A stretch of 64,000 nt of DNA, taken from Ylistrum balloti. Its lineage: Eukaryota. The position numbers and the translations under genes are program-made. The DNA lies in the NCBI RefSeq assembly GCF_031769215.1, contig NW_026781945.1:744001-808000 (forward strand), read 5' to 3'. This document shows, one piece after another, positions 62,481-64,000 of the stretch (position 1 is its first letter; every line of letters starts with the position of its first letter). The notes beneath the pieces were generated by a model that made no database searches, had not been told where the DNA came from, and saw only the letters and a program-made list of their open reading frames with translations.

Positions 62481-64000
62481 CCTTTCACTTCATAATATAT
62501 GACTCTACATGGGTATATATATATATATAAAAACAATAAAACAGATTAGTCTAAACATAGATTTCAATTCCACTACAATATGAGAGTCATTCAGTGAATC
62601 CTTAATGTCGTAAATCTAATGGATAATTGATATTATTTTTTCTGTTACAGTCTCTTATAGTACCCCACCACTCTAATCCATAGAAACAAACACAGTCCCT
62701 CTATCCATGTCCTTAACATTGCACGGTAGTCTCCCTTCAGTATACAGTCGAGACAAGAAATAATCTTCAGCCCTGCAGGATAGTACTTATTCCCAGAGAG
62801 AACTTAGGTCCAGTGAATAGGATGGGTGGTCAGTCTATACTACATGTGCTTTATATTACTCTTGTCGTATGAAAACATAGTGTTGTGAATAAGTTGTATC
62901 AGTATGTCATTCAGTCTGATATTGTTTTCCTGAAAAGGTCTTGGACATTTTATGCAGTTTTGTCTCTAACTCGGAATTTTCTTTCTTTACATAGTATCTG
63001 AATTTCTTCGTGATTTTTTCCTTCAGTAATCACTAGTCTACGAACTACTTCTTCACTCGTGTTTCGCCTTCCTTTAAGTAATGTACCTCAGAAAGCTCAA
63101 AGTCATCAAAAAGTACACAATCTTATTCAGTTTCGGACTACAACACAATCCGCTCCTTTTTCCTATCTATAAACTTGAATAAGAAACCTTATTTGGTTCA
63201 AAAAGACATCCGGGATCGCTGCCGATGTCTGTAGATGGTGAACGAAGAGACAGGTGGTACAGGCCCTAGGGACCTCTACAGCACTGAGATAATGATATGA
63301 CTGATTACATAGCCATACCATGTGATTCTATATATAAATCACTGTTCAAGTTTTGTAAATAGATGAAGTGACGGGCCGAAAATTCGTAACATACCCAGCG
63401 ACCGATTTCTGTAGCAGATTTTGCCTCCATTATCCTCGTGTGTGCACCTATTTGACTCGAATTCAAAATGTGCGTAGTTTTAAGTAGAACGAACACAATT
63501 TACCGTCTTCTCATTCTCATTACACACATTTATCGATTTATGAAAAAGATTGAACTGAAAGCCTACATTTGTATGAAACACGGTAAAATGTAAATAATAC
63601 GAGGCTTGAAAAATACAGAGTCGGCTACACTCTCTGAAGTAGGATTGGGGATGTTTAATATGCCTTCCTGAAATAAAACATTGTTTTACTGAATTAGGAT
63701 TGAGTCAGTAACGATTTATTTATGGAGCCGGTCATCCTATCGTATCGCGGAGATAATGCCCCTTATTAATGGATTGTACAAAAGACAATCGATAATACCT
63801 CTCAATAATACAGAATTAGAAAATCGCCTTCCATATCAAATATCGAATTATTGCTGATGCCGACTAGGGGCTGGGCAGATGGAAACAGGACGAGCTTGAA
63901 ACCCGGACTGGACAGAAGCACTGTAAGCGAAATAAGCTGTATAATTACACTTGTCTACGTCACTTGAAATCTGATGTTATGATTTCTCGTCATTAATTAC

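Overview
AT-rich, intron-containing animal DNA; the gene and repeat content is most consistent with an invertebrate such as a bivalve mollusc (inference). Contents, left to right: (1) Three near-identical 4-exon genes (two on -, one on +, an inverted triplication), each encoding a 478-aa protein with an N-terminal vWA/MIDAS domain, a Pro/basic linker and a C-terminal domain resembling the plant ET/HRT-type GIY-YIG fold. (2) A decayed Ty3/Gypsy element (PNMA-like gag plus protease) with an SGNH-hydrolase ORF in front of gag. (3) A 13-exon MFSD1-like lysosomal transporter. (4) A small Shisa-like (STMC6) type I membrane protein. (5) A PrdX/PRORSD1 deacylase divergent from an 11-exon BDP1 (TFIIIB B''). 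(6) Many minisatellites. Main discovery: three dispersed tandem arrays (3.9-5.2 kb, 39.2-39.4 kb, 42.0-42.4 kb) whose ~45-bp monomer is essentially one complete minimal type I hammerhead ribozyme with a palindromic stem III. One unit is fully canonical, one array mostly carries a G8A core change, and the longest array is a colinear catalytically dead derivative. All exon models were read by hand from splice signals and frame continuity; family assignments are from recalled motifs and need database confirmation.
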